From Camelus ferus (taxonomy: Eukaryota): a DNA stretch of 64,000 bases. The position numbers and the translations under genes are program-made. Of this stretch, positions 37,644 through 49,271 are shown in pieces. Position 1 is the stretch's first letter. Each line of letters starts with the position of its first letter. The stretch lies in contig NC_045696.1 of assembly GCF_009834535.1 (NCBI RefSeq), positions 13,890,001 to 13,954,000 on the forward strand, read 5' to 3'. The notes under the pieces were generated by a model. That model saw only the letters and a program-made list of their open reading frames with translations. It did not search any database and was not told the origin of the DNA.

Positions 37644-39074
37644 ATCATTTATTCTGGCTTCCAAATATGCTGCTAATTTTGTTATTAGTTTTAACTGGCT
37701 AAGTTTTGGTGTTTCCTTTTTTTTTTTTTTTTTGTGGGGTGGGGAATGTATTTAGGTTAAAGTTTACTACACTTCTGAGAGCAAACTTTAGAAACCTACT
37801 ATCGGTAGCTTTGAACTAATTTATTTTGGGCTTTTAATGTGCCCTTCTTCAACACTGCTGTTTTCTGAAATCCTTATACCACATGCATAGACTTTACATG
37901 GATGATCATCTCAGGAGCAGCATAGAGCACATCTCCTTCAAAGGGTGTGGGGAGTTGATGTTTGCTGACTGAGAGAGAAAAACAAGGAACTTGGAAATTA
38001 CAACTGTGTGGGGAAAATTTTTAGGTTATATGAAAGTTTTGTACATTAGTTTAAAGAGCTTTCTTTGAGTCAGTCAGTGTTGGGTAGTAAAAAGAACCAT
38101 ATCCCTTTGTCTCACTGAGGACTTTTGTACGTAATTAATTTCTCCATTGGTGTAAGAAGGAAGCCAATTAACTTTGGTAAGAATTAATTAGGTTCATGAG
38201 ATGTAGATTTTCACCTTATATCCAAGATGCAAATAAATGAGGCTGGAAATAACAAGACTTTCATATCATCAGAAATTATTGTTCCATTTATATCTCAACA
38301 TGCATTTGCATGCCGCTTGTTCTTCTGTTTTATGTTGCCATTCTGATATCCATAGGTCAAATATTTCAGAAGACAATATAGTTCTAAGGGAGGTAACATG
38401 CTGATAAAGTCTAAAGCTAATAACAAAAAGACAGTACCTTTATACAGAGATGAAGAGCAATATTCAAAGAGTTTTCCTATTTGTGACTTTTCAGATCACT
38501 AAAGAATCATGAGAAACACACATTTTATGAACTACTTATTTGATACCTAAGGAAGTAAAGACTCAAATTGGATCTAGAGTTCGCTATAGGTCCCAGTCTT
38601 AAAATGAAACCAAGATTCAAGATTTTATGACAGATGGGGACTAATATAAGAAGTGAAGACACAAGCAGCGTGGGAGAGAATAAGAATTTTGAGAGGATGA
38701 AATGAAATGAACAAAGCAGAGAGGTACAAAGGTACTTGCATTCATGGAATTATTGGGGATCAAGTTATAATTCATATGCCTTAGTAATGGAAAACCAATT
38801 TAGTGATGTATAATAGGTATCTTTCACTTCATTATTTGGATATCTTGAGTTTGGGATCACATTAATCAGGATTCATCTCCTCTCAGTCATACTGTTGAAA
38901 TGGCTTTCTGCTTGGTTACTTTCACTCTATTGTCTATCTGTTCAAACATTCCTAAATACTTTATAAAATAAAGTTTTTGTCAAAGATTGTGTAAAATAGT
39001 GTATTGTTATATTTTCTTATTTTATATAAAATACATATTTGTGTTAAATATATAACATAAAAATACAAAAAATA

Positions 39075-41416
39075 TAATAAACAGTTAAATCTTTTATATC
39101 CCCTACTACTAATAAAGAAACAGAGCATCTGGTAGGCTTTTTTGGGTTCTGGAACAAACATACTCCCCACGTAGAAATACCTCTGTGGCCTACATACACA
39201 GCTCCCTCTATGCCAAGAACAGAAAAGGCTTCTGCTGGTCTAGGTTCAGATGCAAGCAGCCCCATTGGTTGGGCTAGACAATCTGGCAGACCATATGGTG
39301 TTGGTGGCATTTGTGGTGTGGGAAGAAAAATAAAATAAAATAAAACTGCAATGTGGAGTTTATGGCAAACTTCAGTGGGAGAATCACAATGCAAGCAAAT
39401 CAAGTTGTAAAACTGGGTCTTATAACCTGCAGTGGAAAATTAATCTACCTTTGAAAACTGAGATGCTTGGACACTATCTGGGCCTTGTAAAGACACAAAA
39501 TGCGACCATGGGACAAGTGACCATGCATCTCTATCTGTCCATCATACAGGTACGTTCTGCTGAAACGTCCAAGTCATAAAGTCAGGGAGACTCAGCAGCA
39601 ATCCATTGTAGGATGGAAGTAGCTTATACAGGCGTGAACATAGGCAGAACAGGAAATCAGGCTACGTGAGCAGGAAGGAGCCCAGACCCCCATGTCACTG
39701 CCCAGGACTGCACCACCAGCACCCCTTTCTCAGATCACATGTGTGGTCACATTCGGTGCCTCAAATGACCGGCTGAATGAGGAGGGAGACAGACCATGCT
39801 AAGCTTGCAGATGGATTGGCTCATTGCATGGATGTCTTTAAACACTGTGGTGAGAAAAAACATTTTCTCTATGGGCAGAATTTTATGCCCAGCACCTGAC
39901 TATCTACTTTGTATAAAAGAAAAAAATGGCCCCAGTTGGTGATATGTCTAGGTCCCTGGACAGTGGCAATTGACCTGACCAGCTAGTTAGAGACGTGGAA
40001 GGGAAAGTATTAGGATTTGAAACAATGAAATCTGGTCTAGAGACACGTGGATGGACATATATATGTAGGTGGATTCAAAGTGTGAAGATCTTTGTATTTC
40101 TTCTTAAGGCCTACCAGAATGCATCCACCATGGAAGAGGAAGTGAAAAATCAAGTAGACCAAATGAGCCTGCCAGTTGATGGTAGAGAGCGTTTGCCAGC
40201 AGCCCCTGCAGTGCTGGCAAGATGAGCATGTGAGTAAGTGACCACAGAAGCTATGAATGGGCCCAATAGCACAAGTTCCCACTTACAAGTCAGATATTGT
40301 TAATGTCACAGCAAATGTCCAGTCTGTCAGCAACAGAGGGTGATGCTAAACTCCCAGGACGGTGTTATCCCTCAAGAAGGCCAACTGGTCACTTGGATGC
40401 AAGTTGAGCGTGGCCCCCTTCTGCTCTGAAAGAACCAGTGGTTCATCCTCAGACACATAGCTATCTGTCTTCTTCCCATGCTTACCTCAACAGCACCATT
40501 ATTCAAGAGCTAATGAAAAACTTGATCCAGCAGCACGGAGTTCCTCACCACGTGGCATCCAATCAGGAAATCCACTTCATAGTAGAGGCAGCAAGAAGTG
40601 GGATCTGCAGATTAAGTCAAAAACCATAGGACCCTGAAGATACCTGCCTGATAGTGCATTCGACAGTCCCACTGACAGCAAAGCTGAAGTGTCAGCATGG
40701 AGATAATACCCTCAGAAGACTAGGTTCAAAATATACACTCACTATCATTCCCAGTGACCCACTTAAGAGCTCTGTGCTTCCTATTTCTGCAACTGGAATT
40801 TCCAAGGATGGAAGCCCTGTTCCCAGAGACAGGCTTGCTGAGGGACACATCAAGGACCTCACTGAACTACAGTGATGGCTGTTAGCTGAGCACTTTGGGT
40901 TTTTGTTTCAGGGACCAACCGGCCAAAAAAGCAAACAAACAACAACAACAACAAAAGAGTTACCATCTATCTAAGGGTAGATGATCCTGATAGCAGAAAA
41001 TGTTAGGATTGCTGTGACACAGTGAGCGTGGGAGGGACTATGTGTGGAGCTCAGCTGATCTACTTGGATGGCTCTCGAATCCTCCTGCCCAGTGACAGAC
41101 TTGATTTGCCATATGCAGTAACTCCAGCAAGAAAAAGGGTTACCAGGGTTCACACTCCTCAAGAATAAGATCACGGGTTAATATCACCAGAAAATCCCCT
41201 GCGACCAACAGAGGTGGTAACTGAGGGTGAGGCAGATGTGTAACGGACTGTGAAGGAGGGAGATAATGATCACCAGCTGTAGCTCCAAGATCACGTGCAG
41301 TGACAGGTCTGTGCTTCATCCCACTGACCTCACTCACAAATTTCCCCTCAGGAAGAGAGACCTACCAGAGAATCTCTCTCCGGATGAGTTGACTCTCAAG
41401 GTGCGAATGGAGGACA
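39075..41416 (+). mobile_element. Ancient ERVL (ERV3-16-like) internal pol remnant: RT connection, RNase H, integrase, dUTPase-like tail
   Basis: Translated fragments HLVGFFGFWNKHTPHVEIPLWPTY, SVKIFVFLLKAYQNASTMEEEVKNQVDQM, LIQQHGVPHHVASNQEIHF and LKCQHGDNTL..LTIIPSDPL match ERVL Pol as recalled. Many stops and frameshifts. Confidence 0.88.
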
Positions 41417-41714
41417 GTAACAGGTTCAGATATGCACTGGAACTCATATCACGCCACTTCAGAAAAGGAATAGCTGTCCAGCTGTGACAAGTGAGGTTAG
41501 CTGACAGCCTTTTCTGTTAGCTTCCTTTGGATCTGCCTTAGATTTTAAGCCAAATCAGTTGTTTTTTTCTTTTTTTTCCCACGGCAGCCCCTTGTCAGTG
41601 ACTGAGCAAGGTAGTGGTATGGCTTTGTTTCTTTCACAGGTGCTACTCTCTTACAAACTTCTTGTTCTTCTGTTCCTGTCTCAGTGCCTGCTTCTTAGAG
41701 AATCCAACTAGCAA
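41417..41714 (+). mobile_element. 3' LTR of the ERVL remnant (LTR16B-like, internally deleted)
   Basis: CTTCAGAAAAGGA..CCAGCTG..GCTGACAGCC..GGATCTGCCTTAG..CAGTGACTGAGCAAGG..TCACAGGTG..TGTCTCAGTGCCTGCTTC..GAATCCAACT. Confidence 0.7.
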
Positions 41715-42873
41715 ATATTCTCTCTAGTCTTTCTTAAAATGTAATGTTCCTTCTAAGATTATTTTCCTTCAGCCTGAAGAATTTCTGTGTTTATTTCAGT
41801 CTAAGTTTACCTGATATAATTAACCCACTGGAAATTAGCACTCAGATACTGTATTAATCAAAGGAAAAACTAAACTGGAGAACACAGTGAGAAAAGAAAA
41901 ATACTTTATAGTTTTGAAAGAATTTACAGGAAAGAAACTGACTTTGAAAATGCACAGAAATCATTCACAGTCGGAGCAGAAGAGCAGCTGATTTGTTCTG
42001 GGATGCAGACCTCAGGTCCTTTTAAAATTTGTAAACATTTTTATGATGCAAATAAAAATATATGAAAATGCATAAACTATATTCACTTTCAAACAGTGTT
42101 TTTTAAAAGGCATTTAGATCCATAGTCTCAAAGCAAGTAGAAGAGTTACCTGAAATTCCTGTCTTTTCATTCCTTTTCTCAGTTTCCCACATTGTCACCA
42201 TTATCCCCACTCCCTCTCCCAATGGCCCAAATCAACCTCTTCTTGTGAGTCTAACACAATTCAGTCTTCTTGAGTCATTTCGTCTTTCAATGTTTGCCTG
42301 GTTCCTTTCCGTTTCTAGCCATTGCTGTTTGTTATTTTTCGTCCCTCCCTTGGATGTGAGAAGCACTATGATAATATGTGATAGATGGAAAATAATTTTG
42401 AAGACCATGAATCAGTAGTGACAAGTAGAATCAATCATTAGAAGCATCCTTATAAAAAAACAAAGCCACACCACTGATCACTTGACTCAGTAGAAAAATG
42501 ACAGAAAAAAATCCCAGAGCAAAGCAGGAGTGTACATGGAGTCATGGCCAGGGAGTAAAGAATGGGTTTTCCTCGCCTAGATGGGATGAAGATGACTGAC
42601 AAATGGTTCTAGAATTTCTGTATAGGAATAAACACTGGCTTTGTGTTGTCATAAATTATAGTACTCATAAATACAATAGTTAGGAAGCTAGTCAACTGCA
42701 AGAGATTTATGAATTACACTATGCAGGAGAGGGTGTGCAAAATATGAGAGAATTGCACCAGTGCTGTACCTTACCAATTGACAAGAATGTGTAAATTACT
42801 CCATCCACTGAGATAACCTTAGACTTTGGAACCATTTCACTGTCACTCATTTGAACTCACATCTCCTGTTAAC

Positions 42874-43382
42874 GTGTCCTACAACTGATGCTCTGGAAAC
42901 TTCTCCTCCCGCTCCCCTGGAGGCCAGATGCACTACCCAGGCTCCTCCTGTGGCTCCTCCTACCCCAGCAACCTGGTCTGCACCACGGACCTCTGCTCTC
43001 CCAGCACCTGCCAGCTGAGCTCCTCTCTCTACAGAGGCTGTCAGGAGACCTGCTGTGAGCCCACCAGGTGCCATGTGATGTCCAGTCCCTGCCAGACATT
43101 CTGCTACTGCCAGAGGACCTCCCTGCTCTGCAGTCCTGCCAGTCAATTTATATCGTGTCCTGGGTTTTGGGTCCAGAAGTGGCTTCTTTTTGGCTATGGA
43201 TCTAGGAGCCTCTACTTACAGGACTGTCGCTCCATGGCTTCAGATCCTTGGCTTGGAATCTGGATTCCCTACCTTGGGCTACGTACCCACTTTCTGTCAT
43301 CCAACCTACTTTGCTGCTAGGAGCCTTTAACCGTCTTGTAACCAACCCATCTGTTTCTGGTTTCTACTGATCAACTTGTTGA
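42874..43382 (+). pseudogene. KRTAP13 pseudogene
   Basis: Start ATG>GTG (42874), codon 5 TGC>TGA (42886-42888), frameshifts from about 43135, TATA position decayed to TGTGTAAA (about 42788-42795). It ends TTC TAC TGA TCA ACT TGT TGA. The listed 130-aa ORF starts at an internal ATG and runs out of frame. Confidence 0.9.
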
Positions 43383-44654
43383 GTTCTAGTACTTTTTAAG
43401 TAATGTCATCAAAATGCCTACTCAAAGTTCTGTCATGCTCACTATTTCCATTGGCAAATCACATCTTATTATACAGTGCTTCCTACCTCCAATAGAGGGA
43501 TGAAAAATAACACATAATGAGCAATGAGTAGAAACAGAAAGGAACAGGCTAAGAGACGGACTCCTGAATCCGATGAATTTAGTGATTTAATCCAAAAGAA
43601 TGAGTGTAATATCAGCATTACTGAAAGAATTTACATTTATTTCCTGCCCAAAATGGATAAAAAGTTAAGGGATTATAAACCAATAAACTAATCCAATCTG
43701 ACATTGAAATATCTTTACATTATGGCTTATACATTATTGACCAGACTTTGTACTGAGTTAGATTTGGCAGGAAGAATGAAAACTCAATGTGTACATTTTG
43801 GAAGTTTAAAAAGTTATAGATTTGATCTAATTTCTCTGGACGATGGACATTTTTCTCATTCAAACCATAGTCACTGGACATCCATGTTTTGAAGTTCTAG
43901 AGTTTTACAAATAGAAGTCTCAGGATCAGGATAAACTTTGATTTTCTCAAAGAACATCGGTCTTATCTGTGTGGACTTAGGGAACTGTAACTGTGAGGTT
44001 GACAGATTTGTAGGGAATTTCTTGAACAAGAGTAACATTTAGAGTCACATGATTAGGATAATAAATGGAAGAAAAACTAAATGAAAGACTAATTTAAAAA
44101 TACACATGAACCCTAAATAAATTCGAATGAGCTTATCCAATATGTATTGTTAAAAACAACCAGATTCATGCTTCTAATGGTGAGTTTCTAATGTAATTCA
44201 TTTTTCTGTATGTATGAGAAGATACAGACAGTGATTTTTTAGTGGGAAGGGTAAAGCTTCAGAATATCAGTGATTCCACTTTAACGCTTCCCTAAAGCCA
44301 AACTAAATATAGATGAAAACAATCCCTTTATATCAATAAACCTGACTATTTCATTTGGATCTCAGCATAAAGTTGGAGACACTATATGTTTAGTTTTTTT
44401 GGTAACAATCTCAGCTTTCACAAGGCCACATATTTAACAAAAAACCATATGAGATTAAGAGAAATTGGTACTGAGAAATAAAAGTGAATTACAAAATTAC
44501 ATTATCCCTGAATAGTACTAATAACAAGGTTTAAAGAACATCCTATTAATTATTTCTTTAGGTCCTCAAATAGACTTGTGACAAAGATATATATTTAAAA
44601 TTCAAGTTATTCTAAATAGGAGGAAATTGATATTTAAAGCAAATCAGAGAATTT

Positions 44655-44745
44655 CCCAGTTATGACAACCAAAACTGTCTCTCTAGATATTGCCAAATAC
44701 TTCCTAGAGGACAAAAGGCAAACTCCCCCCTGGTTGAGAACCATT
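44655..44745. mobile_element. MER20 fragment
   Basis: CCCAGTTATGACAACCAAAACTGTCTC..AGATATTGCCAAAT..CCCCCTGGTTGAGAACCA. Confidence 0.75.
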
Positions 44746-44759
44746 TATCTAAATTAATT

Positions 44760-45260
44760 CATGGGAAAAAAGGAGATGAAAAATAGAGAACAGCATTTAA
44801 GAGAATCTGGATCTCAGTGAAAAGATCGAGCATACTTGTGCTTTTGAAACTCTGAAAACAGAAAAGAGAGAGAATGGAGGAGAATATATATTTGGGGAGA
44901 AAATGTTAAGAATGTTCTAAAACGAAGTCCAAAAGTGCTGCAAACTGAAAGTTGGGTAATACAGAAACTCTGACCTCTGACACCCACCCACACCTAACTC
45001 TCATGAACATCTGCTGAATCTAAGTTCCCTGAGGAAGAAAGCAGACTATCTGTTAAAAAAAAATAGCGCTGAAATACGAATTATCTACAAAGATAATTGA
45101 ACGAAATAGTCAAAATTCTGAAAGAACACAGATTTCATACTGGAGTACTATGTTCAGAAAATGCTTGCTTCAAAACTGAAGCAAATAAATCAAGAGAATG
45201 TCTCATCAGCAGACTGACAGTAAATATATGTTGAAAGTTGTCTGTTACTGAGAAGGAAAA
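44760..45260 (+). mobile_element. Old L1 ORF1-region remnant
   Basis: A-rich L1 ORF1-like phrases (GAGAGAGAATGGAGGAGAATATATATTTG, AAAATTCTGAAAGAA, TTCAAAACTGAAGCAAATAAA). Similar old L1 pieces lie at about 35300-35900, 46200-46460, 50700-51460, 53100-53430 and 54100-54560. Confidence 0.5.
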
Positions 45261-46462
45261 TATATTTACCAAACAACAGGAAAATGTCTCACGTTAGGCT
45301 ACGAGCTGCACTTTTCTCCCATTCTTAAGAATGTTACTCTCTTAGTCATGAAACCTCACCACTGGATATATTTACCACTTTCTGGGATGTAAATGACTCC
45401 TAGTCTACACTGGGTAAATATAATAGAAATATTTTCTAGATAACAAATAGACAAGACACCATCTGCTGGCATCAATCTTCATATCCCAAGTCATAACTTC
45501 TGATGCCTGCCTTCTCATTAAGATGATTAATCAAAGTTGACTCCTCCGGATGGTTAGTAAGTTAAAAAGCAACTCCCATAAAATAATTAGGTGGGTGGAA
45601 AAAGTAGGATCTAAAAATACATCATGGTTCCACAAACCACAGACCTGAAAAAAATAAGATAGAAAATGGAAATGAGGATCTGCAAACATGTTTGGAAGCC
45701 ATTAGTTCCACAGCTCAGAGTCAACATTTTAATTTAAAATCCCCCAATATTTTAAAATGTGGATAAATAATTCTCTTTTTGGAAAACATAATCTATGGAA
45801 GTATACATTGCACCAATATAATACATGGGTTGCATTTTGCAATGGTCTGAGAAGAAGGAGTTCCTGAGGAAAACGCACTGATTTCAGTGTTTTGCTAGAG
45901 AATGACCTTTCTCTACACTCATCAATTCTTATTTTGTTCCATCAAGGCTACTTTGAAAAAGGGTTTGGCGAAGAAAGAAAATGGGGGACATACATACAGG
46001 ATATTATATTGAGTAGAATATTTTCCCTACTTGGTTGGCAAGAAGGAATAAGATTCAGATTCTAACTTGGGACATTAGTAAATAAATGATTTGCAAATGC
46101 GTTTTGGAAAAGTCATTTCCTTACTTTGCTTTCTCGAGGAGCCCTGTGCTATGTTGCTTTTCCAATTTGAATGTTACTGTCATTACCATTTTTGAAGAAC
46201 CAACTTTGGGCCGTGTTATACTCTATACAAGTAGTTTTTTACTCTTATATTGATTTCTACCTTAAACTTGTTTCTTCTTTCTGTTTTCTTTTGTCTTAAC
46301 TTGTTATCTCTTATTCTAACTTCTTGATCTTCAGCCTTTCTTCTCATCAAATATATGCACTTAATGCACAAAATTCTCTCGAATCACTGAATTGGTTGAA
46401 ATCTTTAAGTTTTGGTTTTTTATCTTCAATATCATTTAGATCAAGGAGTTTTTTACTGTCCA

Positions 46463-46941
46463 TGTTATCTAAGTGAGATAGGCTGGAACCTGGGACCTGG
46501 GACCCTTTGCTGCATACTTACACCTGGGCAGATGTCTCCCGACCAACAGAATACAAAGACATTATAAGGGACTAAAAATAGCCACACACATGTGCAGTTG
46601 CTGCAAAGTTGAACAAGATAAAAACAAACAAAAAGAAACAAAAAACCCAACTGCCACTTCCGAGGTGTCAGGACCAAAAGCAGGGCACTGCACAAGATCC
46701 CTGCCCACAGCATCACCACGGGGGTGGGCAGACCAACTAAGCACCCCTCCCCCCCTACCCAGGGGTTTGCTTTTATCCTCACCCATTTAAGGCTTGGCTC
46801 ACCTCCCCTCAGGGAGCGAACAAGGGAGCCTGTCACTTGTTTTCACTCCCTCGTGCTGCAGCAAGAATCCCAGTAAAGCCTTGCCAGAATTTCTCATCAA
46901 TTTCTATTGATTAAAGAGTCCAAGAACCCGAGTTGGTAACA
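46463..46941 (+). mobile_element. ERV1-type solo LTR (family A), no matching TSD
   Basis: TGTTA...TAACA inverted ends. GAGATAGGCTGGAACCTGGGACC start, TTTAAGG TATA-like motif, AGTAAA/ATTAAA near the 3' end. Flanks TCCA and TAAG do not match. Confidence 0.8.
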
Positions 46942-47537
46942 TAAGGAAGAGGGAGGATGTTTGACAATAAGGGAGAAAAATGTAGGAGAGAATGTGATGG
47001 GGCTGCAGTGCCTAACTGGGGCTTCCAAAGGAGCAAGATGTCTGGATAAATTGTAAATATGTTTAGTAAAAAGGCAAAAATCTATTTTAAAATTCATAAA
47101 TTTCATCCATTTGGAACCACTTTGATTTGAATAATATTTAAATTCAACAAATTACAGATTTAAAATAAGGTAGAGGGAAAATTGATGCATCATTCTGTCC
47201 TCTGTTGTTTACTTCTTTTACTCATCTTAGTAGACTCTGCTCTGATTTCCCTCTGATGGGCTCAAATTGGTCTCCATTTATAACTTTGTTCCAATTTACT
47301 GTTCTTGTATCTCACTTCCAAATACTCATCCAGGGTTCACTCTGTTCTTAGCCTTCCTCCACTCGATTTGTAATATTTTGGGCTTTCTCCATTGGATATG
47401 AGGTCTCTGCATTAATATTTAATACTTGGAGATTAATTCTGGAGAACAAAAATGAAGGGTCACAAGAAGGCTCAATCTTTAGAAGACTTTTAGAGCCATG
47501 CCTCTAACTAAAAAAAAAAAAAAAAAGATGATACCAT

Positions 47538-48194
47538 TGTTAGACCAGGCAGATAGCTAGATACCAGCAGAGAAAGGGGGACACAGGACAAATGGCGGGA
47601 ATTGGGCAGAAAGGAGGGACACAGGCCAAATGCAGGAAACCATGCATCACATAAGAACCAGGGGTGCCTGAGCAGAGAAAGAAAAGCAGGAACCTCTGGG
47701 CTGACAAGTGGTCACAACATTTGGAGTGACAAATGTCCTGGAGGCCAACAAAGAAACGTGGGAAAAGGGAGGAATCTCCAGTGTCTGAATGTAACTTTTT
47801 GATCATTATACTCTCTTTTCAATAAAATTAGCCTTGCAGATGAGAAGTACCCATCATGCACCAACACCATGACACTTCCAATCCAGACAAAACAAGGACA
47901 AAACTCCCTCCTCCCTTTGGGAAGGTGGAGCTGGCATGAAAATCAGGGAATATGACCCCAAACCCTTCCTACCCCAATGAATATTCCACCCATTCATTTT
48001 TATATCCAATGTAACCAACTTGCCAAAGAAACTCAGGGCAGCTACTCAGCTGAGCCTGCCTGCTCTCCCCTTGAGAGTGCACTATCCATCCCTTAATAAA
48101 TCCTCACTTTACTTTCTCAGCCTCTGGGTCTTGTCTCTGAATTCTTTCTGGGATGGGACAAGAACCTGGACACTGGTTACATCTACCAGCAACA
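47538..48194 (+). mobile_element. ERV1-type solo LTR (family B, copy 1)
   Basis: TGTTAG...GCAACA, AATAAA at 48095-48100, perfect 4-bp TSD CCAT (47534-47537 and 48195-48198). Aligns end to end with 51468-52118. Confidence 0.92.
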
Positions 48195-48522
48195 CCATTT
48201 CAATCTCCACCCTTAGAAGGAATGCATACCCAAGCAAAGCCAGAATCAGATTCACACACAGCGTATACCAGGAAGAAAAGGAGGGACATTCCTGGTTGTG
48301 ATGGGATGGTCATTAATGCAAAATTGTCATAGCACTAGTGACATAAGAGTAGTTTACTGGCTTTGTGTTATAACAGAAATTATTATAGCGCCCATAAATG
48401 TAATACGCGTGAAACCATGCAGCCGCAATTACAGAAATGATGATTGAGGTAATACTACGCAAATGAGGGAGTAGAAATGTAGGAATGATGGCCTTGTAGC
48501 TGTTAACACCTATTGCTGAGAG

Positions 48523-48530
48523 TATATAAA
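48523..48530 (+). promoter_or_regulatory. TATA box (TATATAAA) of the 48607 gene
   Basis: Starts 84 bp upstream of the ATG, in the context GCTGAGAGTATATAAA like GCTGAAAGTATAAAAA of the 36904 gene. Confidence 0.8.
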
Positions 48531-48606
48531 TGCCACAGTCTAGGAGGTAGAAACAAACTTAAGACATTCTTAGTGTAATTCAGCTGAACTCACATCTCCT
48601 ATCAAG

Positions 48607-49005
48607 ATGTCCTACAGCTGCTGCTCTGGAAACTTCTCCTCCCACTCCCTTGGAGGCCAATTGCCCTACCCAGGCTCCTCCTATGGCTCCTCCTACCCCA
48701 GCAACCTGGTCTACACCACTGACCTCTGCTCTCCCAGCACCTGCCAGTGGAACTACTCTGTCTATAGTGGCTGTCAGGAGACCCGCTGTGAGCCCACTAG
48801 GTGCCAGACATCCCGTGTAGTGTCCAGCCCCTGCCAGACATCCTGCTACTGCCCCAGGACTTCCACGTTCTGCAGTCCCTGCTGGACAACTTATGCTGGG
48901 TCTCTGGGCTCTGGGTCAAGAGTAGGCTGCTCCCTGGGCTATGGGTCCAGAAGCTGCCATCCAAGCTATTTTGAGTTTTGGCCAATCTGTGGATTTGGGT
49001 TCTAG
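48607..49005 (+). CDS. Keratin-associated protein 13-like, 132 aa, C-terminally shortened by in-frame deletions
   Basis: MSYSCCSGNFSS..YPSNLVY..CQET..CQTSCY, uninterrupted frame, intact TATA and AATAAA (49266-49271). Confidence 0.87.
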   Translation: MSYSCCSGNFSSHSLGGQLPYPGSSYGSSYPSNLVYTTDLCSPSTCQWNYSVYSGCQETRCEPTRCQTSRVVSSPCQTSCYCPRTSTFCSPCWTTYAGSLGSGSRVGCSLGYGSRSCHPSYFEFWPICGFGF

Positions 49006-49265
49006 ACATTAACTTATTGATTGTCCAGATCTTTTTGCAGAAGGTCAACTGTTTTATTATCATGAGAAAAAACTCTCTTCATGGTCTCCAAAGACTAGTT
49101 CCTCACCCACTCTGTGGCTACCCAGCCTAGCTTACAGATTGATCCTTGCAGAATGTTTCTTGCAGAATTTAAGAAACCTAAATTTAAATTATACAGCTGC
49201 ATTGGAGATAGAAATCATCCAAATATTATATAGCCCTCAAAAATTAACACTATCTAAATATCATT

Positions 49266-49271
49266 AATAAA
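49266..49271 (+). terminator. Polyadenylation signal AATAAA
   Basis: AATAAATACATTTATTCCAGCATCCATATATG is homologous to the 37638 site. Confidence 0.8.

Noticed and set aside
39995..40875. Domesticated retroviral gene
   Set aside because: Only short fragments in shifting frames with many stops, consistent with neutral decay.
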